From the NCBI GenBank assembly GCA_021790385.1, contig JAJYDW010000002.1, positions 7,551 to 71,550 on the forward strand: 64,000 nt of DNA. Reading direction: 5' to 3'. This DNA is from Planctomycetota bacterium. Its GTDB lineage: Bacteria; Planctomycetota; Phycisphaerae; WQYP01. The number at the start of each line of letters is the position of its first letter. Within the stretch, counting starts at the first letter, position 1. This document shows, in pieces, positions 56,824-64,000 of this stretch. The notes beneath the pieces were generated by a model, which worked only from the letters and a program-made list of their open reading frames with translations, had not been told where the DNA came from and did not search any database. The translations under genes and the position numbers were made by a program.

Positions 56824-58161
56824 ATGCCGCCCATGACCACATCCGTTGTAAACAATGCTGCAGACGCCGCGGCCGCGCAACATGCGGCCTTGGGCATGAG
56901 AGCACCACAGGGCAATACTCACACCACTCACCCCGAAGCCCAATGGTTCCCCAGTGCCGGCTTAGGCTTATTTATCCACTGGGGAATTGCGGCCGTACAC
57001 GGTGGGATTGATTTATCATGGGGCATGATCGCCAATACGCCATGGGATGCCGCGGCTGAAGGAAAAAACAAGATAACACCAGAAGCATATTGGGCATTGG
57101 CACCTGGCTTTCAACCTGATCGGTACAATCCGGATCTATGGCTCAAAGCTGCCGCCGAGGCCGGTTTTCAATATGCGGTTCTCACAACACAGCACCACGA
57201 TGGCTATACACTTTGGCCAAGCCATTACAGCAGCCTGGGGGTACAGTCGCATATGGGGGGACGAGATCTGGTGCGGCCGTACGTGGAAGCCTGCCGCCGC
57301 CACGGCTTAAAGGTCGGACTTTATTATTCTCCGCCAGACTGGTTTTTTGATCGCGATTTTAAAAGCTTCAACTACGGTACGGAAAATCCCTTGAGATTTC
57401 CCGGCCGTCCGCACTTTAATACCCGCCACCTGCCCTGCACCATTGCTTCCAAACCAGCCGGCCATGATGCTGCCCGTCGTCAACTTTTTCACCAACGTGT
57501 TGAAGAGCTTCTCACCAACTATGGCCGAATCGACTTGTTATGGCTGGACGGCGGAGAGCACGACAATGCCATCCGAGACCGTGTGCGCCACCTCCAGCCT
57601 CATATCGTTTTGAACAGCCGTAGCTGTGACGGCGATTTTGGGTGTACGGAATGTTGCCAACCCACGGAGAAATTCTGCGGTTGGTTTGAAACGTGTCACT
57701 GCTGGCAAAAGTCCGGCTGGGGCTACACCCGGGATGAAGATTATCACTCCACCGCATGGCTGCTGGCCTTGTTGGCGCATCTGCGAACGTGGGGTGGAAA
57801 TGTACTCATCAATGTAGGCCCACGTCCTAATGGCGAGTTACCCGCCATCGCCTACCAGCGGTTTTCCGAACTTGCAGCCTGGATGCAAGTCCGCGGCTCC
57901 GCCATTATCGGTTCCACCGCCGGACCTTATCCGGAACAAAGTAATGTACCCGTAACCATCAATCAGGGAGTGTGGTATCTTTTCCTGTTGCCACAGATGA
58001 CCGCACCTGTCTTGGTGCGTGGTGTCCAGCGTCCCAAGTCTATTTCTTTACTTGGCACGGCTGCCACAGTACCCCATAGCTGGCGCGAGGAACAACTGGA
58101 GATTACCGTTTCCCAGAGCATGCGTTGCCATAGCGTTGATGTGCTGGCGGTAGTCTGGTAG
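56824..58161 (+). CDS. Alpha-L-fucosidase, glycoside hydrolase family 29
   Basis: 445 aa. It has GH29 motifs (GLFIHWG, GFQYAVLTTQHHDGYTLWPS, GLYYS, LWLDGG). The N-terminus is a possible Tat/Sec signal. Confidence 0.8.
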   Translation: MPPMTTSVVNNAADAAAAQHAALGMRAPQGNTHTTHPEAQWFPSAGLGLFIHWGIAAVHGGIDLSWGMIANTPWDAAAEGKNKITPEAYWALAPGFQPDRYNPDLWLKAAAEAGFQYAVLTTQHHDGYTLWPSHYSSLGVQSHMGGRDLVRPYVEACRRHGLKVGLYYSPPDWFFDRDFKSFNYGTENPLRFPGRPHFNTRHLPCTIASKPAGHDAARRQLFHQRVEELLTNYGRIDLLWLDGGEHDNAIRDRVRHLQPHIVLNSRSCDGDFGCTECCQPTEKFCGWFETCHCWQKSGWGYTRDEDYHSTAWLLALLAHLRTWGGNVLINVGPRPNGELPAIAYQRFSELAAWMQVRGSAIIGSTAGPYPEQSNVPVTINQGVWYLFLLPQMTAPVLVRGVQRPKSISLLGTAATVPHSWREEQLEITVSQSMRCHSVDVLAVVW

Positions 58162-58462
58162 GCCCAGCGGTAAGCAATATTGAGCAATGATGATGGAGTA
58201 AGTCTTGTCTATAGGGCATTGGTCTGCAAAACACTGTTAGCATTCAGCTTTAACTGGGTCTTGTTTGCTGCTCATTTTGGGATATTTGGAGAGATGCTGG
58301 CACCCCACGTTTTTTGGCAATTCGTGATCGGCAATTACTTGGGGTTATTACACTTTGTCCTCCACCACTGACAATCAACCGTTTCTACCATGGTATTTGC
58401 CGTTGCTAACATAATCGGGCATGATGTGTGAGTGTCGGCGTTATCATAATTGTGGAATTAAT

Positions 58463-60430
58463 ATGCCCAGTACGCTGTCTGATAGCACCGGGAACGCCCG
58501 AACGACCGATGGAGGGCCGCGGGACGACCAAACAGAAAAGTCTTCCGCGGCCGCCAATGCGCCCCCGCTGCCATCTCGCCCGGCCGGCCGGGCTAACCTG
58601 GAGGCATACCTCCATGCCTTTATCGCAATTCTGGCTATTCTGGCGATCTCCACGTATCTGGTGTTGCATTTTGTCATTGGTGCAAGCGAACGCACCTGCG
58701 ACAGCCCGCTCTGGATCGCTTTGCTTTTGGGTGGGACACCTCTGGTGTTTGATTTGCTCAGGCAAATGCTGCGTGGCAAGTTTGGATCTGACTTGCTGGC
58801 TGGCATTTCCATTGTTACCGCCGCCATCCTCGGGCAATATCTGGCGGGCACACTTGTGGTGCTGATGCTTTCCGGGGGAGAAAGTTTGGAAGCCTATGCC
58901 GTGCGCAGCGCTTCTTCCGTGCTAAGAGCCTTGGCGAAGCGCATGCCATCTGTGGCCCATCGTCGCGTCAACGGCACGGTTTCCGACATTGCCATCCACG
59001 ATATTCAACCGGGCGAAACGCTTCTGGTGTATGCGCATGAAATCTGCCCCGCCGACGGTGTGGTGTATGAGGGGCACGGCACCATGGATGAATCGTATCT
59101 CACCGGAGAACCTTATCAAATAGCCAAGGCTCCCGGTTCTGAAGTTTTGTCCGGTTCGGTCAATGGTTCCTCGTTGATGGTGATTACCGTCACCCGAAAA
59201 CCCCGGGATTCGCGCTACGCCCGCATTATGGAAGTCATGAAGGAATCGGAACAGCAACGCCCCAAACTTCGTCGCATTGGCGATACACTGGGGGCCATGT
59301 ATACGCCAATCGCTGTTATCATCGCCTTGATCGCCGGCATATTGGCCCGGGATCCCGTACGCTTTTTAGCGGTGCTGGTGGTGGCCACGCCCTGCCCACT
59401 TCTGATCGCCATACCCGTGGCCATTATCGGGTCTATTTCGCTTGCGGCTAGGCGCGGCATTATCGTAAAAGATCCCGCAGTGCTCGAACAACTTCCCACA
59501 TGCCGGGCTTTCTTTTTTGATAAGACCGGCACGCTGACCTTCGGAGAGCCGCGGCTCACACATGTTGCCACCGCCAATAAATTTACCCGGGAGCATGCGA
59601 TTGTCTACGCGGCCAGTCTGGAGCAGTATTCCAAGCATCCGCTCGCCAGCGCCATCAATATCGCGGTGAAAAGCCACCCCATGCCGCTGCTGCCTGTGGC
59701 GGATGTCAACGAACCGCCCGGCCATGGCCTGGCCGGCACAGTGAATGGCCACCGCGTCATCGTCACCGGGCGCAAATGCGTTTCCCCGGCCATTGCCGCA
59801 CAACTGCCGCCCGTTGCTCCCGGCCTGGAATGTGTGCTGATTGTGGATGGTACGTATGCCGCAACCTTTCAGTTCCAGGATGAACCACGGGCCGAGGTAA
59901 AATCCTTCATGCACCATCTTGGCCCCAAGCACGATATTGGCCGCATGATATTACTGACCGGAGATCGTTCCGCGGAGGCCCATGATCTGGCCCAGCGCGT
60001 CGGCATTGCTACTGTATACGCGGATAAATCACCGGAGGAAAAATTAGCTATTGTCAAAGCGGAAACAGCCCAACATCGCACGGCCTACCTGGGCGATGGC
60101 ATCAACGATGCCCCGGCTTTACTGGCTGCCACAGTGGGCATTGCGTTTGGCCGCACGTCGGACGTAACCGCGGAAGCAGCCGCAGCGGTCATTCTTGATT
60201 CTTCACTGCGCAAGGTCGATGAATTTTTACATATCGCCCGTCGCCTGCGCACCATCGCATTGCAATCAGCGGTGGGCGGCATTGTACTATCGCTTATCGC
60301 GGTAGGTGTAGCCGCCGCCGGCTATCTGCCGCCCGTAGGCGGAGCGGTACTGCAGGAAGTCATTGATGTCCTGGTGGTGCTCAACGCCTTGCGGGCGACA
60401 CTGGAACCCCACCGCATATCTGACATGTAA
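58463..60430 (+). CDS. Heavy-metal translocating P1B-type ATPase, TPCP-motif subgroup, no N-terminal metal-binding domain
   Basis: It has DKTGTLT, an HP motif (SKHPLASAI), GDGINDAPAL, TGE (YLTGEPY), and VVATPCPLLIAIP in the transmembrane metal-site helix. There is no CxxC heavy-metal-associated domain. The start is ambiguous (58421 or 58463). Confidence 0.8.
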   Translation: MPSTLSDSTGNARTTDGGPRDDQTEKSSAAANAPPLPSRPAGRANLEAYLHAFIAILAILAISTYLVLHFVIGASERTCDSPLWIALLLGGTPLVFDLLRQMLRGKFGSDLLAGISIVTAAILGQYLAGTLVVLMLSGGESLEAYAVRSASSVLRALAKRMPSVAHRRVNGTVSDIAIHDIQPGETLLVYAHEICPADGVVYEGHGTMDESYLTGEPYQIAKAPGSEVLSGSVNGSSLMVITVTRKPRDSRYARIMEVMKESEQQRPKLRRIGDTLGAMYTPIAVIIALIAGILARDPVRFLAVLVVATPCPLLIAIPVAIIGSISLAARRGIIVKDPAVLEQLPTCRAFFFDKTGTLTFGEPRLTHVATANKFTREHAIVYAASLEQYSKHPLASAINIAVKSHPMPLLPVADVNEPPGHGLAGTVNGHRVIVTGRKCVSPAIAAQLPPVAPGLECVLIVDGTYAATFQFQDEPRAEVKSFMHHLGPKHDIGRMILLTGDRSAEAHDLAQRVGIATVYADKSPEEKLAIVKAETAQHRTAYLGDGINDAPALLAATVGIAFGRTSDVTAEAAAAVILDSSLRKVDEFLHIARRLRTIALQSAVGGIVLSLIAVGVAAAGYLPPVGGAVLQEVIDVLVVLNALRATLEPHRISDM

Positions 60431-60453
60431 TAACGAACTGCTGCGGTGCTCCA

Positions 60454-61425
60454 TCAGCCCAACTTTTCAATATTCCTGCGTAACCGCAGCAGCGCATCTA
60501 CGTGCATGGAGGGTATTAAACCATGCCGATCCGGCGGTACATCCAGCAGCAGGTTGGCTCCGCGGCTGGTTGTGGTCAAATACATACCGAGCAATTCCAT
60601 ATTGCTTCGGGGTTTGTCACCTTCTACAAAAAACCATTCCTTGCCGATCGGATCACACACCTCTCCCACCATATAATATTTTTTACCATCAAATTCCCGC
60701 CAAGGTTGGTGGCCACATTGGCTGTTGGGTAAAAACCTCTCAATCATTACACCGTCCGACGGCCACGCATCCGCATAAGGATAATTGCTGCCGTCACCGA
60801 TGCCGTTGTTGTAAAAAATCAACGATTTCGGCTGCCTTCCGGCAATGTGGGCATACAGCCTTTGCCGATAATCCCGCGGCAGCACTTTGGGAATATCCAT
60901 CCACCATATGCCTATTTCCCCATAGCAATCCATGAGTTCATTAATTTGCCGCCATTGAAACTGCTGATATTCCTGTGTGGTAAACGCCCATTCCCATCTG
61001 GTCATGCTTGGCGTCATAGATCCAAACAAATTATGATTATCCCATGCACAATAATACAGGCCCGGCATCAGGCCGCGTTTGCGGCACGCTTTTACAAACG
61101 CCTCCACCACATCCGTTTTGTTGCCGCTGGTGCCTACGTGATAATCATTAAACTGTGTGGGCCACAGACAATGGCCGGCCACGTGCTTGGTGGTAAGCAC
61201 CGCATACTTCATGCCGGCATCACGGGCGACGCTTATCCACTGATCCACATCCAGCCGATCCGGAGCATACCGCGTGGAAGGCTGATCCCCTCTGGATAAT
61301 TCATTACCGTCAAAGGTACTCATCCCAAAATGAATAAACATGCCCAGATGCAGACCTTCCCACGCATGAAGTTGCTCCAGGCTCAGACGTTGATCACCTG
61401 CTTGCGAAATCACTGGTGCAGTCAT
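60454..61425 (-). CDS. Alpha-L-fucosidase, GH29 catalytic-domain-only paralog
   Basis: 323 aa. GMFIHFG, GMKYAVLTTKHVAGHCLWPT, GLYYC and IWWMDI match GH29. There is no signal peptide and no C-terminal beta-domain. Confidence 0.75.
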   Translation of the reverse strand: MTAPVISQAGDQRLSLEQLHAWEGLHLGMFIHFGMSTFDGNELSRGDQPSTRYAPDRLDVDQWISVARDAGMKYAVLTTKHVAGHCLWPTQFNDYHVGTSGNKTDVVEAFVKACRKRGLMPGLYYCAWDNHNLFGSMTPSMTRWEWAFTTQEYQQFQWRQINELMDCYGEIGIWWMDIPKVLPRDYRQRLYAHIAGRQPKSLIFYNNGIGDGSNYPYADAWPSDGVMIERFLPNSQCGHQPWREFDGKKYYMVGEVCDPIGKEWFFVEGDKPRSNMELLGMYLTTTSRGANLLLDVPPDRHGLIPSMHVDALLRLRRNIEKLG

Positions 61426-61602
61426 GCCTATTTTCCTTTACTTATGGCCACAATCTGATGAAACGTCGCCCGCAAACTGTAAAACCTAGATAACTACCTA
61501 AACTTGGATCAATCGCGTTAGTGCTCTGCCGCTTGACGACCCACGAACTTTATCACATTATCAGGTTCATACAAGCGATCCTTGTCAGGTAAGGAAGTAA
61601 TT

Positions 61603-63564
61603 ATGAACCACCTCCTCAATGCTGTGCAGCCGGCGAAGTCCACTGCGGTGAATCTGCTTAATGCTCACGCCAGTCTGGGCTGGCGCGGCTTATTACCCCG
61701 GGCGGTACTTTCCGGCCCCGGACGATGTACCGTTACGGCGCAAATCCATGTCATCACCCCTGAATATGCGGTGATTCAGGCGATGGTGCATAATCCTGGC
61801 CAACATACTGTTCACCTGCAGCGCATCCGCTGGGGCATGCCGTCAGACGTTACAGCCGACGCCGGCCTGAAATTTTCTGAAACCTGGAATCCATTTTATT
61901 TTACGACCGAAAATTTCCGTGGTGATTACTACGGCTCCGGCACGATTCGGGGAGATTCGTATTTTCATCCGATGCCCAATGTCACCACCGAACTGGGCTG
62001 GTCGGAAGATCATGTTTTCCCAGGTCTGTTTATTGGTTCCGCGGACCGCAATTGCGGTCTATTTTCTGCGGCGCTGACCGCCCAATGTTTTCATCTCATT
62101 TTTCGACTGCGGGGCCACAATGACGCCGGCGACTTTTTCTTTGAAATCGACGAGCTGCCCACCGGCATCGATGCACTTCCAATTGAACCCGGAGCCACCA
62201 TCGTTGGCGAACGGCTGTTTTTACAGCTTTGCCGCAGCGGCAATCCACAACACGTGACGGACCAATACTACAACCTGCTACGAAGCGGCGGAGTCTTCCA
62301 GCGAAGAAAAGATAATCCATTAGTTGAACAGCGCATCTGGTGCAGTTGGAATTATGACTTTTTCGATCGCCTCACCCATGCGGATGTCGTCAAGCAACTG
62401 CCCATTCTCAAAAGCCATTTTCCATCCGTACGATTTGTGCAGATTGATGATGGCTATCAACGTCGATACGCCCATGGGAAGCGCGGCTTTACCGATATTA
62501 TCTATGATGGCCAGAATCCATTTGACTGCGAAAAATTTCCGGGTGGTCCTACTGCTCTAACCGCGGCGATAAAGGGTGCCGGTTTGCGTCCTGCCATCTG
62601 GATGGGCCTCTGGGCCGCCATTGAATCTCCCATGATTCACGATCATCCGGACTGGGTACTCTCCGATGATACCGGCAATCCGATCCAATTCGGAAATCTC
62701 ACGTCCTTTTACGGCACCATCGGTGTACTGGATCCATCTATTCCGGAAGTACGCCAATATCTCGATAAACTCTGCCGCATCATGTTTCACGACTGGGGAT
62801 TTGAAGGGGTGAAACTTGATTTTTCCAGCTTTGCCTTTGAAGGCAAACGGGTACGTTTCAGATATCCCGGCCAAACCGCCCTGCACTGGCGACGCTGGCT
62901 GGTGCAAACCTTTCGGAAATACCTGCCCGTCGATGGCTTTTTTGGATGGTGTGTTGTTTGCGGCACCGGGGATCCACTATTGGCAGCAGATGGCGCGGAT
63001 TATTTCCGCTGCTCCGAAGACATTGGTAATGGTGATTGGGCGTTGGTCAAGCGTATTGCTGCATGGTGCGCCAATACCAACATGCTTATGTCGCAGCGAC
63101 CGGTACTCCCCAATATGGATTCCATTGGCGTGAGCAAAAATTGGAATGTCACGCAATGGCAAACCTGGCTGAATCTGGCCGGTGTTACTGGCGCTGCGCT
63201 GGAACTCGGTGGAGATCTGACCAAGGTGGATTGCGCCGCGCTGAAGCAGTTGAATGCCGCGTTGGAACTTTCCAATCCAACGCGCCGAGTCTGGTGTGCT
63301 GATGTTCCAACAGGACGTGTTGCCGAGCCACCCTCCCTCTGGATTGCCCAGGGCGATGGCGAAACCATCCTGGGGCTTTTCAATTGGGGCGACGGACCGC
63401 GTCGGCTCCATGTGCCTGCCACATTGCTGCAACAACTTGGCGCGGGAAAATTATCGTCCCACGACGCTTGGAATCACCAGCCTGCAGTTTTGCCCGAGGC
63501 CGATTCGCCACTGGAGCTTGCACCCCATGAATCCCGACTTTTTCGTCTGCACCAACAAACGTAA
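61603..63564 (+). CDS. Alpha-galactosidase-like glycoside hydrolase (GH36 family)
   Basis: It has a QIDDGYQ motif, which is like the catalytic-region signature of melibiase GH36/GH27. The size of about 650 aa is typical of GH36. An AAGGAAG ribosome-binding site sits before the ATG at 61603. Confidence 0.55.
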   Translation: MNHLLNAVQPAKSTAVNLLNAHASLGWRGLLPRAVLSGPGRCTVTAQIHVITPEYAVIQAMVHNPGQHTVHLQRIRWGMPSDVTADAGLKFSETWNPFYFTTENFRGDYYGSGTIRGDSYFHPMPNVTTELGWSEDHVFPGLFIGSADRNCGLFSAALTAQCFHLIFRLRGHNDAGDFFFEIDELPTGIDALPIEPGATIVGERLFLQLCRSGNPQHVTDQYYNLLRSGGVFQRRKDNPLVEQRIWCSWNYDFFDRLTHADVVKQLPILKSHFPSVRFVQIDDGYQRRYAHGKRGFTDIIYDGQNPFDCEKFPGGPTALTAAIKGAGLRPAIWMGLWAAIESPMIHDHPDWVLSDDTGNPIQFGNLTSFYGTIGVLDPSIPEVRQYLDKLCRIMFHDWGFEGVKLDFSSFAFEGKRVRFRYPGQTALHWRRWLVQTFRKYLPVDGFFGWCVVCGTGDPLLAADGADYFRCSEDIGNGDWALVKRIAAWCANTNMLMSQRPVLPNMDSIGVSKNWNVTQWQTWLNLAGVTGAALELGGDLTKVDCAALKQLNAALELSNPTRRVWCADVPTGRVAEPPSLWIAQGDGETILGLFNWGDGPRRLHVPATLLQQLGAGKLSSHDAWNHQPAVLPEADSPLELAPHESRLFRLHQQT

Positions 63565-63772
63565 CACTGCGGATTTCAGTCTCATTCCAAGGGCCTGCGT
63601 GATTTATCGCGTTGGCGCTGGCGATCCAACATGGTGCCCTATCAGGTGTCAATTCGCTCTTTCCACGGGCTGTCACTACACCTTCTATCACATCACGGAT
63701 CCAGATGGTCGGCCTCTGGACCGCATACATTCTCTGCGGTAAAATTCAATTTTAGGGTTCCCGGATGATTGC

Positions 63773-64000
63773 ATGCTCTCCTGGATACATTTAGTTCCAC
63801 TGCTTACGAGCCTGTTAAAGCAGTTCACCTATTTCGGGTTGGCGGCAATTCTGGTGGCCGGTGGCATGGGCCTGCCCATTCCCGAAGATGTACCACTTAT
63901 GTTTTCCGGGTATCTGTGCAGCCCCAAATATAGCCCCCTGCCGCAACACACCTCCATTCTTTTGATGATTAGCGCGGGCATGTTAGGGGTCATTTGCGGT
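63773..64000 (+). CDS. DedA/SNARE-associated family membrane protein (5' partial, runs off window)
   Basis: The translation LVPLLTSLLKQFTYFGLAAILVAGGMGLPIPEDVPLMFSGYL matches the conserved DedA N-terminus. There is no stop before the window end. Confidence 0.5.
   Translation, partial: MLSWIHLVPLLTSLLKQFTYFGLAAILVAGGMGLPIPEDVPLMFSGYLCSPKYSPLPQHTSILLMISAGMLGVICG

Noticed and set aside
1-64000. Search for CRISPR arrays, rRNA, IS elements, integrases or prophage genes
   Set aside because: No regularly spaced repeat arrays were found. The only stable RNA is tRNA-Tyr. No transposase, integrase or phage structural motifs appear in any frame. The window is chromosomal backbone with embedded accessory genes rather than a mobile island.

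Overview
The window is a GC-rich chromosomal segment, most likely from a PVC-group bacterium (Planctomycetota- or Verrucomicrobiota-like). The evidence for that placement is a prepilin-type N-methylation protein (GFTIIEMMVV), an LPS core toolkit (kdsA, gmhA, a GT9 heptosyltransferase) and GH29/GH36 glycosidases.

Most genes are housekeeping and sit mainly on the minus strand: erpA-like, kdsA, dnaG-rpoD with a downstream tRNA-Tyr, dinG, pyk, aspS, icd, mutL, ppx/gppA divergent from a CHAD-domain gene, Ior, rbsK, a nucleoside hydrolase, a NUDIX hydrolase, dprA-aroB, and a TlpA-like thioredoxin. I found no rRNA, CRISPR array, transposase or integrase, so this does not look like a classic mobile island.

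Several loci look accessory or unusual:
- (1) A 227-aa protein that fuses an N-terminal Tudor/SH3-like barrel to a minimal CHAT/caspase-like His-Cys domain (11283-11966).
- (2) An NRAMP-family transporter with non-canonical metal-site motifs (DPGN->DAGG; MPH->TPW), i.e. NRMT-like (putative Mg2+ rather than Mn2+). It is co-transcribed with a soluble PRC-barrel + MgtE-N + CBS protein that lacks the MgtE pore, and with a 71-aa membrane peptide.
- (3) A compact ACP-less cassette: a flavin-dependent halogenase-like enzyme (WxWxIP), a C/H/H ketosynthase, a Cys-less CLF-like partner, and an MBL-fold protein with a degenerate metal motif (33587-37877).
- (4) A fusion of a ModA-like oxyanion-binding domain to a TsdA-like diheme cytochrome c, co-transcribed with a Tat-secreted Cys-containing protein (39768-42375).
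- (5) A 490-aa orphan with a C-terminal PD-(D/E)xK-like motif.
- (6) An MFS(LplT-like)-PlsC fusion whose HX4D catalytic His is replaced by Gln.
- (7) A P1B-type ATPase with a TPCP motif and no N-terminal metal-binding domain, flanked by two GH29 genes and one GH36 gene.
- (8) A perfect 14-bp LacI-type palindrome (GTACAACGTTGTAC) upstream of rbsK.

All calls come from reading the six-frame translations and the sequence by eye. No database searches were run.
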